Shown piece after piece: positions 51,791 through 63,930 of a stretch of DNA of 64,000 bases (the stretch's first letter is position 1; every line of letters begins with the position of its first letter). This DNA is from Phoronis australis (Eukaryota > Animalia > Phoronida). A program made the translations under genes and the position numbers. A model generated the notes under the pieces. That model was not told where the DNA came from. It ran no database searches and worked only from the letters and a program-made list of their open reading frames with translations. The stretch spans positions 184,935 to 248,934 of the forward strand of contig NMRA01000363.1 in NCBI GenBank assembly GCA_002633005.1, given 5' to 3'.

Positions 51791-53036
51791 TTGTTGCCAA
51801 CTGACACGCTTTTGGGGTGACCGTACCTCTTTTTGAAGTTGTGCACCCAACAGTATGAAAAATTTACCACTTTATACCACATGATTATAACATTTTGCCT
51901 GACTGTTTAGTGTATGAGGTTTTTAAACAAATGAACTTAAAGTAAATTAATGTTTTGTTGCATATCTGTTATCAAGAAACTCTACCCTAAGGCTTTCCTT
52001 AGGGATGTGGGATCTGTTAAGCTCCATTAAAGTGGTTCTTGTGAACATTTTACTGTTTGACATCAAATTTTAGATGGCAATAACAGTGTTGTTTATTGAC
52101 TAAAGGAACAAAATTGCCAGTTTAAATTTACAATGTGATAGGAAAAGGAATTACTTAGTACACAATTAAAAGTTTTAAAGATCAATATAAACCTTGTTAC
52201 AGTTTTTAAAATCTCACTTCGCTTCAGTTTTATTTAACATTGAAGTTTTCAATGACCCTTCATGCAAAAATGGAACATTTTAAAAACAGTTTCTAGTGGG
52301 GATTTGAAAAACATTGCATCAATCATTTAATGTGTGAATGTTTCAAATGCATCCAATCATTCATTTGGAGACATGACATTCCAAATTTATACGAATTGCA
52401 TTTTTTCAAGGTCCTGGATAACATTAATTAAAGGAATAACATGGGTGTTACAGCCGAAAAACATATTTTTAGGATTGTTGTTGGGTGGGGCTGACTTCTT
52501 CAAGTAACATTTGACCAGAGGTATAAAACAACAAAATTGCAATTTTAAGCGATTTTATTACTAATCGCTAACTTTTGCCATTGTCTGCCTGACATCCATG
52601 TTTCAACCATTTTATTAGTCTAAAGTACTCTGCCATTTAAAGTGTGGGATTTGGCTCAGCGGCAGAGCTTCTCCTTCTGCGGAGCAATTGTGAGGTAATG
52701 TCATGCTACCCACTAATTTCTGTCAAATCACTATTCTCGCTGAGAGTGTCCTCGTAAACCTCAAGGCCTGCTAGTAGTCTTCCCAAACCTTTCTGTAATC
52801 TGTTGCATCAGGCTTATAATCCAATCGACATAATACTCTTCAACTGCGGTTTCACAAGTCACAATCAGCTGCTATTATCACCTGATCATTGGTTAGACTA
52901 TTGCTTGTTACACACTGGTTTATCTTCTGTCTACACTGGGCTCAAGATGATTCATATTGTCTAGAATTATGTACCTATTTCTTTAATCACATTAGCATTA
53001 AGGGGCGTAATCTAGCTTCTGTCAATAATTCCTGCT

Positions 53037-53104
53037 AGTGCTAGATAAATGCAGTGCTAGATAAATGTAGTGCTAGATAAATGCAGTGCTAGATAAATGT
53101 AGTG
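53037..53104. repeat. 16-bp tandem repeat x4
   Basis: AGTGCTAGATAAATG(C/T), with the last base alternating C/T. Confidence 0.9.
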
Positions 53105-53924
53105 TCTCACTCTATAGCCGAGATTATTCAGATCATTTGTAATAGAATAACACTCTTAGTGATCGGTGGCATTTCATTGAAAGTGAGCTGGAAATTGACT
53201 GGCATTTTTCAAATTATCATTTTCCTTCCAGTGTTTTGTAGTTTTCTTGAATGTGTACATGTTCATTTAGGCGCTGGCTGACATAGTTTAATTAGCATAA
53301 GTTGTATAGTGTTACAAATGAGCTCTCCTAATATGAAGTCTGTGCTGATGACTTTTAGCCGCTTTATGAGAGCAAATTGCAACTTAAATATTTTTGTCAC
53401 GTTCTCATGTCGTAACTTCTAATATTGTTGCCTTTCGAAAACAAAATGGTTTTAAAGTAACCATGTAGCATTGCATTCTGTCCAAGAAGCAAACTTCTGA
53501 TTGGTAGATCACTATTGCCACTATAAAATTGGTCTCTACACATTCCTTAATCCAAGTGATATCTGAGTTTTCAAGAGAATGACAGTTAAATTTTGTTATT
53601 CCTTGAGACCATACTCGCCGCGTAGGCATGCCGCGACAAGCCAACATGTACATACCAGTTCTTTTGAAGCAACGAAATTATTTCTCATTTCATAACTGCA
53701 GTAAGTGGTCTGAATCGAAAATTTTTTGTGATAGAAGGTGGGTTTTCAGCCACTTGAATACCGTAATTTTTAATCTTGGGTCAGAACTAATTGACAGAAT
53801 CTTTCGTTTCCCATTTGCAGGCCAACCACAATGCATCAGAGATAAAGAATATCTGTGGAAGATTTCTATTCGCCAAGTGAACTCTGACCCAAAATGAACA
53901 AGCCATCGTAGACGGGACGTGATT

Positions 53925-54182
53925 ATGCCAAACATTAGAATCAACGAGAGCCAGTTGCTGCTGTTGGCTGCCAAGGCTCGGATTGACAACGCCATCTCTG
54001 GGTATCTGCACAAGCGCAGTGCGGACACGGCAAAATGGCAGCAGAGGTGGTTTGCACTCTACCAGAATATCCTGTTCTATTACGAGAATGACCAGACAAC
54101 ACGACCCTCTGGCGTGGCTCTCTTAGAGGGATGCTACTGTGAGCGGATTATCACACCCTCTAGTATCAGGGGAGAGAAGCAG
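53925..54182 (+). CDS. RASGRF: RasGRF (Ras guanine nucleotide-releasing factor) first coding exon, N-terminal PH domain
   Basis: MPNIRINESQLLLLAAKARIDNAISGYLHKRSADTAKWQQRWFALYQNILFYYENDQTTRPSGVALLEGCYCERIITPSSIRGEKQ closely resembles the vertebrate RASGRF1/2 N-terminus (GYLSKRS..KWQTKWFALLQNLLFYFE..SRPSGLYLLEGC..EKQ). Donor GTAAGC at 54183. The exon begins at acceptor TTTGCAG|53821, with an in-frame stop upstream of the ATG. Later exons were not seen and may lie in the gap or beyond the window. Confidence 0.93.
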
Positions 54183-54374
54183 GTAAGCTATTTCTCGATA
54201 GTCGTTGCGGGATAGCAAAATTGTGGACGGGAGGTTACCTTCTGTCCTGGTATACTTCACAAGGGTAATTTTTACTGAAGAAAAAACATTGTAAAGGGTA
54301 GCCGCCCAGCCAATCGAAACTTTGCTGGGTTCAGAATTTTCAGACATAAGACTTCCCAGGGCATAGATATCTAG

Positions 54375-54760
54375 AAATGACTTCAATCAAGTCATGTCAT
54401 CTCCAGAATCGGTATCATTTAAATGGTAGCATATGAAAAAGACTTCATTCACATGGCACCCTATGTGAAAAAGACATGGCATTATATCCAAAAAATGCTT
54501 CATTCATTTGACAGCTTGTCCATAAAAGATTTCATTCACATGGCATTCTATCCAAAAATGCTTCATTTATTTGACAGCTTGTCCATAAAAGACTTGATTC
54601 ACATTGCATTATATCCAGAAATGACTTCATTTACAAGGTATCACTGTTATCCAAAACAACTTTTCACAGGCAAAAAGCTTAATTCACACGACAGAACATC
54701 CGGAGTAGACTTCATTGGCACGGCAAACTTTAATCAAAAAAATTCATTTATGCAGCAGAA
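54375..54760. repeat. Degenerate short-unit tandem repeat in the RasGRF intron
   Basis: Iterations of AAAA(G/T)GACTTCATTCACATGGCA and ATGCTTCATT..TTTGACAGCTTGTCCATAAAAGA. It explains ORF 54423-54857. Confidence 0.75.
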
Positions 54761-56360
54761 ATTAATTGGTTGTGAATTAAATAATAATAATTACAATGCT
54801 AATGATGATGATGACAATGATAATATGAAAAACAAAGGAAAAAAATGCAGATTTTGATGCTACTTCTTACTATCATTACTGAGTTAAGCTCATTTTGTTG
54901 CGTGTGATCATACATAGTACACACACAGACGTGTATTTGTTTAATCTTGCTCTCCATCACTCCTAAGTGAGTGGTCAAGGTCTTTTGGTAAATAATTTGG
55001 TTACCACTTATCTCAGTGAAACACCTCTCTAAGTTTTGTTGCAAAATATACACTTGTGCTAGTAAATAAAAATAGTTCCTGTATCAGGTTACGAATCAAA
55101 TGAAACTGTTTTGAGGTGCCTCATATCTTATGATCTGTGGTACCTGAGGCTAAACAAACTTAGTTTGAGTTGGCCCAGATTGACGTTAAGCAAAGGAAAG
55201 TGGACCTTGTGGCCATTTCTTTTTGTGAGTACGTAGAATGTCAATTTCGGACAAAAATAAGTACTGAAATTGCTCGCAATTTTTCAGTGAAGGAATCTAT
55301 GGTGCACAACTTTAACTTGGTGCAGAACACAAACATGGTGCAGAACATGAATATAGAACTAAAGCAGCTTTACTATCTCTTGTTAACAGTTTTGTTTTGA
55401 GTCTAATATCAAATTGAACGTGTGTAGGTTGGTTTCCTCCAAGTTTCCGATGATATCTGAGCCACTAATGAGGCATCCATGACTTGCAGCTGAAATTAGC
55501 GTACCTCATTCTGACAGTGTTGTTTGCCTGATAGCTAGTGACGTCATGAGCTGTTCTCACTTACTGTGCATGTGTGTTTCTGATGATGACGTGCTGTCAC
55601 AAGTCTCATAAGACTTAGCCTATCGTAATTATACCGTACATTCGATATACATAAAGTGTTCACCGTATACTTCCAAACAATGGGTTTCAAAAGAAGCTGG
55701 AGTGGACCCACCTTCGGAAATTTTAGGGCTCCATTCAATTCCTTATGGTCCGTGAAAACAGTCCGGAAATTATTTTACTTGCACAGAACGGCACTCGTAC
55801 AGCAGAGGCCAAAAGTGAACAGACAAAATGACAAAATACCCTGTCATGATAGCTGTGTGAAAAATCGTCGGAGTAATTTTCAACCTCTCTCGGTCTAAAC
55901 TCTTTGTGTGTTAAAAGTGCGGCAAACACATTGTCAAAACAAACATGAAAAAATCATAAATGCCTAAAAATAACATATCAGCCATGCCTCAATTCGAAGA
56001 AATGTCAATAGCATTTTGAATAAAATTTAACCACTTTGGCCGTGATCAATATCCCGCTGAGAACGCTTGAGCTAATAAACTCCAAACAGGTTTCAATATG
56101 TCAAGCCAGTTTTCATTGGCTGAAAATGAACTTCTTTACTGCACAAAACCAATGAAAAATGTTATCTTATTTTTTTAATAGTGCCGCCTAGTGTTCATGC
56201 AGTTGCTAGACTTGCCAGGTCACAAAGATTACAAAAACTGGCTTCGCAGCACTGTTTGAACTGGCATATCTGAAAAACTGTTGAAGTTAGAATTTTGAAA
56301 ACCGTGGAGCTTATTAGCATGTTATTTGTCTATTAATATGTGGGGCACATGGAAGACATA

Positions 56361-57979
56361 CCGTAAACGTTCGGGTTAACGCCCTGGGCAGTTAAATTGG
56401 CAAATCCAAAAATTTGGGGGTGGGCGGTTAACCAGACATGGGCGCTTTAACGTGAAATTTAAAAAAATTGGAATGGGTGGTTAACCGAACATGGGCACTT
56501 ATTACGACAGACAACCGCCCTGGGCGGTTAATCTTACCTCATGATCCTAGTCCCCACACGTAGTTGGAACGCGTGGCACTTTTCCGAGCTTTCGCCATGT
56601 CGCTAAATGACGGTAAAAATGTCATAACAGCGGATGACCCAAACAAAGGTTCTGTTGCCCTCAGATTAATTATTTCAGTTAAATTTACAAAATTGCTGAG
56701 TAATAGCCCGTGCCGTCCTGCTGTCTTGTTAGAGCTGTACTTGTAGAGCACAGACGACCAGTGACTATGCTGAGCTCCACTGGAATTGCATCTATCCTCA
56801 CTTACGTGGTGACAGTGCAAAGTGCATGCCTGCAAGCTTCACGTGCTGCGTAGGTCACAGCAGAGTCACGAGTTAGTTGTCAAGTTCTGAGTTAGAGAGC
56901 AGTTTTATATTATTTGTAATTAAAGTTTGAAAAACTAATTCAGGCAAACAGATTCTCAAGACCTTTCCGGGGTTGAGCATGCGCATCTGAATCACCTGTC
57001 AATCACATGTGCAGTCAAGATAACTTGCGACGCGTAGTCTCATTTCTGATAATTCGCGGCTCGATGTTCCCTAGGCCCCAGGGGTTCACTCCCTCCCACT
57101 GGTGCCAACTGACATATCGCAAACTCCGCCCCCTTGTGTAATGTCAAGTAACAAACAATAAGTTTTACCCGGCAAAATGTTGTTTGTCGGGTAAAACGGC
57201 GGCTTGGAAACGAAGGTGCGTCAATAATGCTGCGTTCTAAATGGTCAGTTAAGCCGTCACTCAAAATTCTGGCAATAGGTCAATTTTTCAGTCAGCCTAC
57301 GTCGTAGGTATTTCAGACTCGAATGGGAATGATTTTGTTCCAGCTGAAACCACAGGTGTCCTCAGCTTCTAGAAACAAAATTATTCGGGAGAGCTAAAAA
57401 GGCAGGTAGAAACAATATTAACAAAGTTAAGGGAATTCTTCAAAATCCGAAAGCTTCCCTCCTAAAGCGAATTAGGAGTGTTGGCAAGTCCACTGTCACG
57501 TTTCTCTGGCTTTATTTTTTCGAAAATATGTTTTATCCAGAGCACTACAACCGGAAACTCAGTGCTGAAATTGTAGGTATTGAAGCCGGCGGGTTCTTAG
57601 TTTTGAGAACATGGGAATAAAATAAAGGGATATAGCGTTCAAGGTATTATATTTTGAAGCAAATCGATGACCTGGGACAATAATTTGTTACTTGTATTAT
57701 AATTCACATTGCCAAACCACCGTCTCCGACGCTGTCGTTGCATTCTTCATTATCATCGATTTTTATCTAAAAATGGGTAATCGCGCGTTTCCTTATCACT
57801 GGGCGCGTAATCAAAAATCTTCAAAAGTCGGGTATGGGCGCTTAACCGAGAGGTGGGCGCTTAACTTCAAAAATCGCAGAGGGGCGGTTAACCGAGCAGT
57901 GGGTGGTTAAATCGAAAATCCACTTAAAGTAGGGGATGGGCGGTTAAGTGAACATGGGCGTTAACCCGAACGTTTACGA
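56361..57979. mobile_element. Non-autonomous Tc1/mariner-superfamily element in the RasGRF intron
   Basis: 24-bp TIRs CCGTAAACGTTCGGGTTAACGCCC / GGGCGTTAACCCGAACGTTTACGA with TA on both flanks and GGGCGGTTAA subterminal repeats. Related to 23427-24877. Confidence 0.85.
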
Positions 57980-59813
57980 TACTTTATCTTTTAGCTGATC
58001 TGGGCCTCACTAAATTTTAGTCTTTTGTCAGTTGTCACGTTTTACATGCTGACGTTTCTCTTACGCAGTCTTTAACACTCCATCACAGCCATGCTATTTG
58101 ATTGGCGATTTCACAACAATGTTATAATTTTTGCAGCCGATGCACACTGTCATCTGACTCTCAAGCATAGAAAAATGTTCAGAGCTTTTCCAGATGTGTG
58201 TTATTGTAACCAGAAAAAAAAGATGCTTTGCCCCTGCATTTCTTTATCCTATTGGCGTCCATCCCTGTGTTTTACTTGAGAACCAGCCACATTTTCCGAT
58301 GTCGGCCTCAGGCAAACAATTTTCTCGACCAAATTAGATCTCTGCTCTGTGATGTAGAGCCTTAAAACTGTGCGTGCCATCTTGTTCTAAATTAAATGAT
58401 GGATTCATGGCCTACGTCCAACTGCTGCTGAAATCCTTTAAATCGATTCAAACTATTTCGAAGGCACCTCCGATAACACATTAAAAAGACTCGTTAGATG
58501 AAAGTACAAACTTGTTGGCACAAGAATGTAAAATACCAAAATCAGCTTATTTTCTGGTACCTACACGAACACACATTTTGAGAAGTGTCTTTTTTCAGAT
58601 GGAAAAGATATCCTGAATTCTATTTTTAAATGTCTGCATTGAGAATTTTATGAAGCGCAGCATTACGGAAGTTGAGTTCATGGTTTGAACAAGAACTGCA
58701 GTGGGTACATTCACTGAAGTATTTAATTGTGGTTAAGCACCCTTGCAGGCAGAGTATTCAACCAACCTCTGTCTGACACTCCAGCTATTTATAGTGATGA
58801 ATATCACAACCTGCCCAGTCACTCTAATCCTTGTCACATGATCAGTCACTGCCGTAATACTAATTGTTGTCTGACTTGTCATCGCCAGTTTCAGAACCTG
58901 TCATTTAGTATTGAATTCGGTCTCCTGCATCAGTCGCCATGGTGACCATTTTCTGCTGCCTAGCAACTTTACTTCATATGTTAACGAATTTCAGCAACTT
59001 TACTCTATATGTGTTTGTAAATGACCTATTGTGTACCGTATTTGTAGACTGTGTATCATTTCGTATAGGGGTATCTGTCTGTGAGGATGCCATGAGATTT
59101 GTTTGTTTATTGCGACCACCTTCTAAATCTCTTTAGAGTCACCATCCCTTATTTCTAGTAAAATAGAGAGGTGCAAGTGCATTTATAGAGATTTTAACAA
59201 AGTAAAACTGTCTCTCCTGTTGTAATAGAATAAGCAGTTAGAAAACTGTCGTTAAGATTGGTCTGTTGCTGTAGATTAGGGCATGAATTAAAGAGACGCT
59301 CAAGGGTTATTTTGGGTTTGTTTTTGTTGTTTGGAAATTATCATGGTGTGTGTTTTAAAATGGCATCTATGCCTCTGTCTGCCACCACACCTGGTGCTGT
59401 AGTCAACAAATGCCCAAACGTAATGTAAATCGGTGGTCTGCGTGGACATGTGTGAGAGCTGTTTGTTTGCAAGTGCAATGTTGTGTTGTTGTCTGCCTGA
59501 TTATTCTGGTTAATTAAGGTGTTGTGAATAATTAATTTATTACACGTTTTTGCAAATGACCTAGGATTACTTGGACAGTGCCTGCAAAATGATGAAAAGT
59601 CACATTTTTAAACTATCTGCTCATTTGTCAATGCAGTGTTGCAGTTAATCTGACCTGACTTAGGTCTTCAAACATAACTTACATAACCTGAACGTGCTTT
59701 TAACCTGGGTTAAAATCTCACCATTTTCGCACAAAAATAGAACTAAATATTCGTTTCATTTTTCAAGACCTATTGTCGTAATGCCCATAATTTTTCCAAA
59801 TGTCGCCTGGTGG

Positions 59814-60082
59814 CCAGTTGGTGGCTCACTCATATTGACAAGGTGCCAGTGCAGGCATGTACCAAAAATTGCTGAGAGACCCCCCTTTGCGGGTGTCAGG
59901 TCTGCCAATGCCCACCCCTTTTTGCTCAGTAGATATTTTTCTGCCCCACCCCAGGACATGGAAATTTAGGGGCATACCAAACTGGGCACGGATCCCATAC
60001 AAGTTGTTGAAAAAGTACCACCTGCCCGCAATTTTTGTTACACGCCTCCAAGCACCTTCTCAGTATGAGTGACCCCCTGTGG
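59814..60082. mobile_element. MITE with GGGGTCACTCATA-type TIRs
   Basis: Inverted repeats GGCTCACTCATATTGACAAGGTGC and GCACCTTCTCAGTATGAGTGACCCC. Homologous to 21391-21627. Confidence 0.7.
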
Positions 60083-60478
60083 CTGTGGTGGTATAACTAT
60101 GGCCTCGTTAATTGTGTGCTACATATCTTTTGGGGAAAAATGAGAGAATAAGATCATTTCACCTGTCTGCCATTATTGTGTCCTGAATTGATGAGATTTC
60201 TAATACCTTTGAAATGAGAGTCACTGACCCAAATGCTCAAGCCATATACAAAACCAGCAATTCACAGGATTGTGAATGAAAGTCACAGACAAACTATATT
60301 CCCACATGCTCCCTTTATTATATGGGTACGTTTTGCCTCCATATTCCCTGGCGTCTAAGTGTCGGAAGATCCTACAGGCTTTTGTAGCCAGAATACTGTG
60401 ATTATGAATAGGAGGAGGTGCAGTTCTTGAAGCTTCATTCAAAGCCCTTTTAATTAATAGTTTTGTCTTTGTTAAAAT

Positions 60479-60690
60479 GGGTATGTTCCAAGAAAACTGA
60501 CTTTAGCTAACACAAATCTCAAATTTCAGTCAATTCAAGATAAAACTTAAACTTGTCTGAAGTGCGTTTCAAAAAAGAGATCTTAAGTTTGACTTAATTT
60601 TTGACTTAAGTTTCGTCTCAATTTTGACTTAACTTGCTGTGTGTGGATGTTTCAAAGTTTGGAAGTTGAGACACATCTTAGTCTTAAAAG
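60479..60690. mobile_element. Truncated copy of the 5534-5812 MITE
   Basis: Shares TGTTCCAA, TTAGCTAA, AAAGAGATCTTAAG, TTTCAAAG.TTGGAAGTT.AGACA and GTCTTAAAAG in the same order. Confidence 0.6.
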
Positions 60691-62684
60691 GGGACTGTAG
60701 TCAAAATAATGTTGCAGTTAATCCGTTCTAACATACAAATAAAACTCATGTTTGCCTGACTTGCGTGCCAGACAAAAGCCTGATTGGTATTCATGGTTAA
60801 AATACTGAATCCTGAAAGCGATCGCTGATTGGCTGATGTGTCAATGACGTGAATGGTGGGGTATCGGCTGCTTTACACATTCATTGCGTATGTCATATTT
60901 TGAAGAGTTTACATCGTAGTTTATCATTGTATCAATCGTCCTTATTTTTTATTGTTTGCTAGTGCTGTAAAAGGTTCGCTGTGCCTTTTTGTATGGCACC
61001 TGGTTGCTCAAACTCTTTGAAAAAGGTGACTTCTAAAGCGATGGTCATCGCATACCATCGCCGGGTTACCCAAGCCTTGGCCCAAAGCTGTATACTAAAT
61101 ATAGGCCTACAAGTTTGAGCCGATATGGGCAAAAAATGGACAAATGAAATCTGACTCAAAATTCAAACTAGTCTCATCCTTGAGTAAACCTAGGAACCAG
61201 GCTCCTAGAGTAAACTAACTTCAGTATTTACCGTATTGGAAAAGTTAGCGATTGTTCATCGGCTGCTGCTAAAATTGTGATGTGTTCTCTTGAGTCGGCT
61301 TTTTGCGATGACGTCACCTGACCTTTACCAGGTACATGTTACAACAAATTATCGGAACTTGTTTCATTTCGTAACAAGTTTTTAGTATTTTTTACCAGCA
61401 AACTGAATTTTAGAACAACCTTGGTGCTGCGAAGCTGTCATCATGTTCCAAAAGACGCAGTGTTCTCCACGGCCTGTTTTAACTCGACGCCATAACGAGT
61501 TTGGATTTTGCTGCGTCGAGTTTGGAAAATGCGCATCGAGTTTAGAAAGTGCTGCGTCAGGTTTGAACTTTTGTCCAGGCTTGGTATTTCAGCCCTCAAC
61601 CCTAAAGCAGTGCCTGATTAACCAACATCAGGCCCAATACAGAACTTTAGAGGCAGTCAACACTATATGTATAACTTCGTAAGACACTACAAAAGTTTAA
61701 ATTATAATTAACAAAATCTGCAAAAGACTTTAAATAACAAACATTTCATGGAGTCACCTAGCTTNNNNNNNNNNNNNNNNNNNNNNNNNNNNNNNNNNNN
61801 NNNNNNNNNNNNNNNNNNNNNNNNNNNNNNNNNNNNNNNNNNNNNNNNNNNNNNNNNNNNNNNNNNNNNNNNNNNNNNNNNNNNNNNNNNNNNNNNNNNN
61901 NNNNNNNNNNNNNNNNNNNNNNNNNNNNNNNNNNNNNNNNNNNNNNNNNNNNNNNNNNNNNNNNNNNNNNNNNNNNNNNNNNNNNNNNNNNNNNNNNNNN
62001 NNNNNNNNNNNNNNNNNNNNNNNNNNNNNNNNNNNNNNNNNNNNNNNNNNNNNNNNNNNNNNNNNNNNNNNNNNNNNNNNNNNNNNNNNNNNNNNNNNNN
62101 NNNNNNNNNNNNNNNNNNNNNNNNNNNNNNNNNNNNNNNNNNNNNNNNNNNNNNNNNNNNNNNNNNNNNNNNNNNNNNNNNNNNNNNNNNNNNNNNNNNN
62201 NNNNNNNNNNNNNNNNNNNNNNNNNNNNNNNNNNNNNNNNNNNNNNNNNNNNNNNNNNNNNNNNNNNNNNNNNNNNNNNNNNNNNNNNNNNNNNNNNNNN
62301 NNNNNNNNNNNNNNNNNNNNNNNNNNNNNNNNNNNNNNNNNNNNNNNNNNNNNNNNNNNNNNNNNNNNNNNNNNNNNNNNNNNNNNNNNNNNNNNNNNNN
62401 NNNNNNNNNNNNNNNNNNNNNNNNNNNNNNNNNNNNNNNNNNNNNNNNNNNNNNNNNNNNNNNNNNNNNNNNNNNNNNNNNNNNNNNNNNNNNNNNNNNN
62501 NNNNNNNNNNNNNNNNNNNNNNNNNNNNNNNNNNNNNNNNNNNNNNNNNNNNNNNNNNNNNNNNNNNNNNNNNNNNNNNNNNNNNNNNNNNNNNNNNNNN
62601 NNNNNNNNNNNNNNNNNNNNNNNNNNNNNNNNNNNNNNNNNNNNNNNNNNNNNNNNNNNNNNNNNNNNNNNNNNNNNNNNNNNN

Positions 62685-63768
62685 CTATGTAGAGGACGGT
62701 TGACGATGATTTTCCGACGATTTCGACTACTGTGGCGCCTCCTAGTGGCAGTTTTGTTTTTTTTGCGCCTATGGCTGTATCTCCTAAACGGTTGGCAGGA
62801 TCTTTACGAAATTGTGTAAGTATATTTAGATGATGTTAACAACAGAAGATAACGACTTTTGGATGGATCCGACTACCGGTGTGCCCCCTAGTGGCAATTT
62901 TAGTTTTTTACGCTTACCTTTGTATCTTCAAAAGTCCTGAACGGATTTTCATGAAATTTGGTATGTAGGCACCTATTAGTGAGATGACGCTATCCTCCTG
63001 TTTTCAGGTGGATTCGGCATAGTTTGTGCCACCTAGTGGCCATTTTTAGTGTTTTTGAGTCTGTATTTTTGCGTCCACCCCTCTATCAACCAAACCGCTC
63101 AAAGGATGATTGTGAAAATTGGCGTGTATGTGCTCACTATAAGGAAGACAGCTGACAATGATTTTCAGACGATTTGGACTACTGTGGCACCTCCTAGTGG
63201 CAGTTTTGTTTTTTTTGCGCCCATGGCTGTATCTCCCAAACCGTTTGCAGGATCTTTACTAAATTTTGCAAGTGTGTTTATGTGATGTTGACAACGGACG
63301 ATGACGACTTTAGGATGATTCTGACTACCGGTATGCCTTTAGTGGCAATTTTAGTATTTGCCTCTAGTGGCAATTTTAGTATTTTACATTGACCTTTGTA
63401 TTTTCATAGGGTTCAGGTGTATACTTTGTGTTACTTCGTGACTATGAAGGAAAAGTTCCAAGTAGAAATTTGTTCCTGGCATTCTAATGCTGTGCTAATC
63501 TCGTATGTTGGTAAATTTGTTTTTAATTCTAAGTTTCTGTGGTGCTTTAAGGAACTGGTGTATAGGATGTGCTTGTATTATGAAGATTTCTCACATTTTG
63601 CCCCTAGCCTATTGAGGAGACAATGACCATGCCTTTCCATTTTGCTAAGTACAACTTACTACACATATGCCCTCTACAGGCCACTTTACGGTAGCAATAA
63701 ACAACCCTAGAAGGATACCGTATGCGGTGCAATTGTGGGCTCATTTCAACGCTCTGCGTTGCTCTTGT
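62685..63768 (+). mobile_element. Helentron/HINE-like element, family A, best-preserved internal units (5' part lies in N-gap 61765-62684)
   Basis: ~147/145/161-bp units homologous to 38440-39810. The 3' end is GTGGGCTCAT (subTIR) + CAACGC-TCT-GCGTTG hairpin + CTCTTGT. Confidence 0.75.
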
Positions 63769-63930
63769 CTTACTGATTTCGGACTTCTATGTTCGTCATG
63801 TGTATGTTATTATTACTTCTTTTGTTCATCCTCGCCACCATCGTCGTCATATTCGTCATCTTTGTCGTCATCTTTGTCGTCATCTTTTTGGTTAATTTCG
63901 CCAAGTTTCGCTCCTCGGAGCGCTTTCATT
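63769..63930 (+). mobile_element. 3' module of HINE-like family B
   Basis: Highly similar to 49350-49509 (CTTACTGATTTCGGAC...TTAATTTCGCCAAG.TTCGCTCCTCGGAGCGCTTTCATT). Confidence 0.75.

Noticed and set aside
61748-62692. Long ORFs of X residues (also 34027-34580 and 48752-49533)
   Set aside because: Artefacts of assembly N-gaps.
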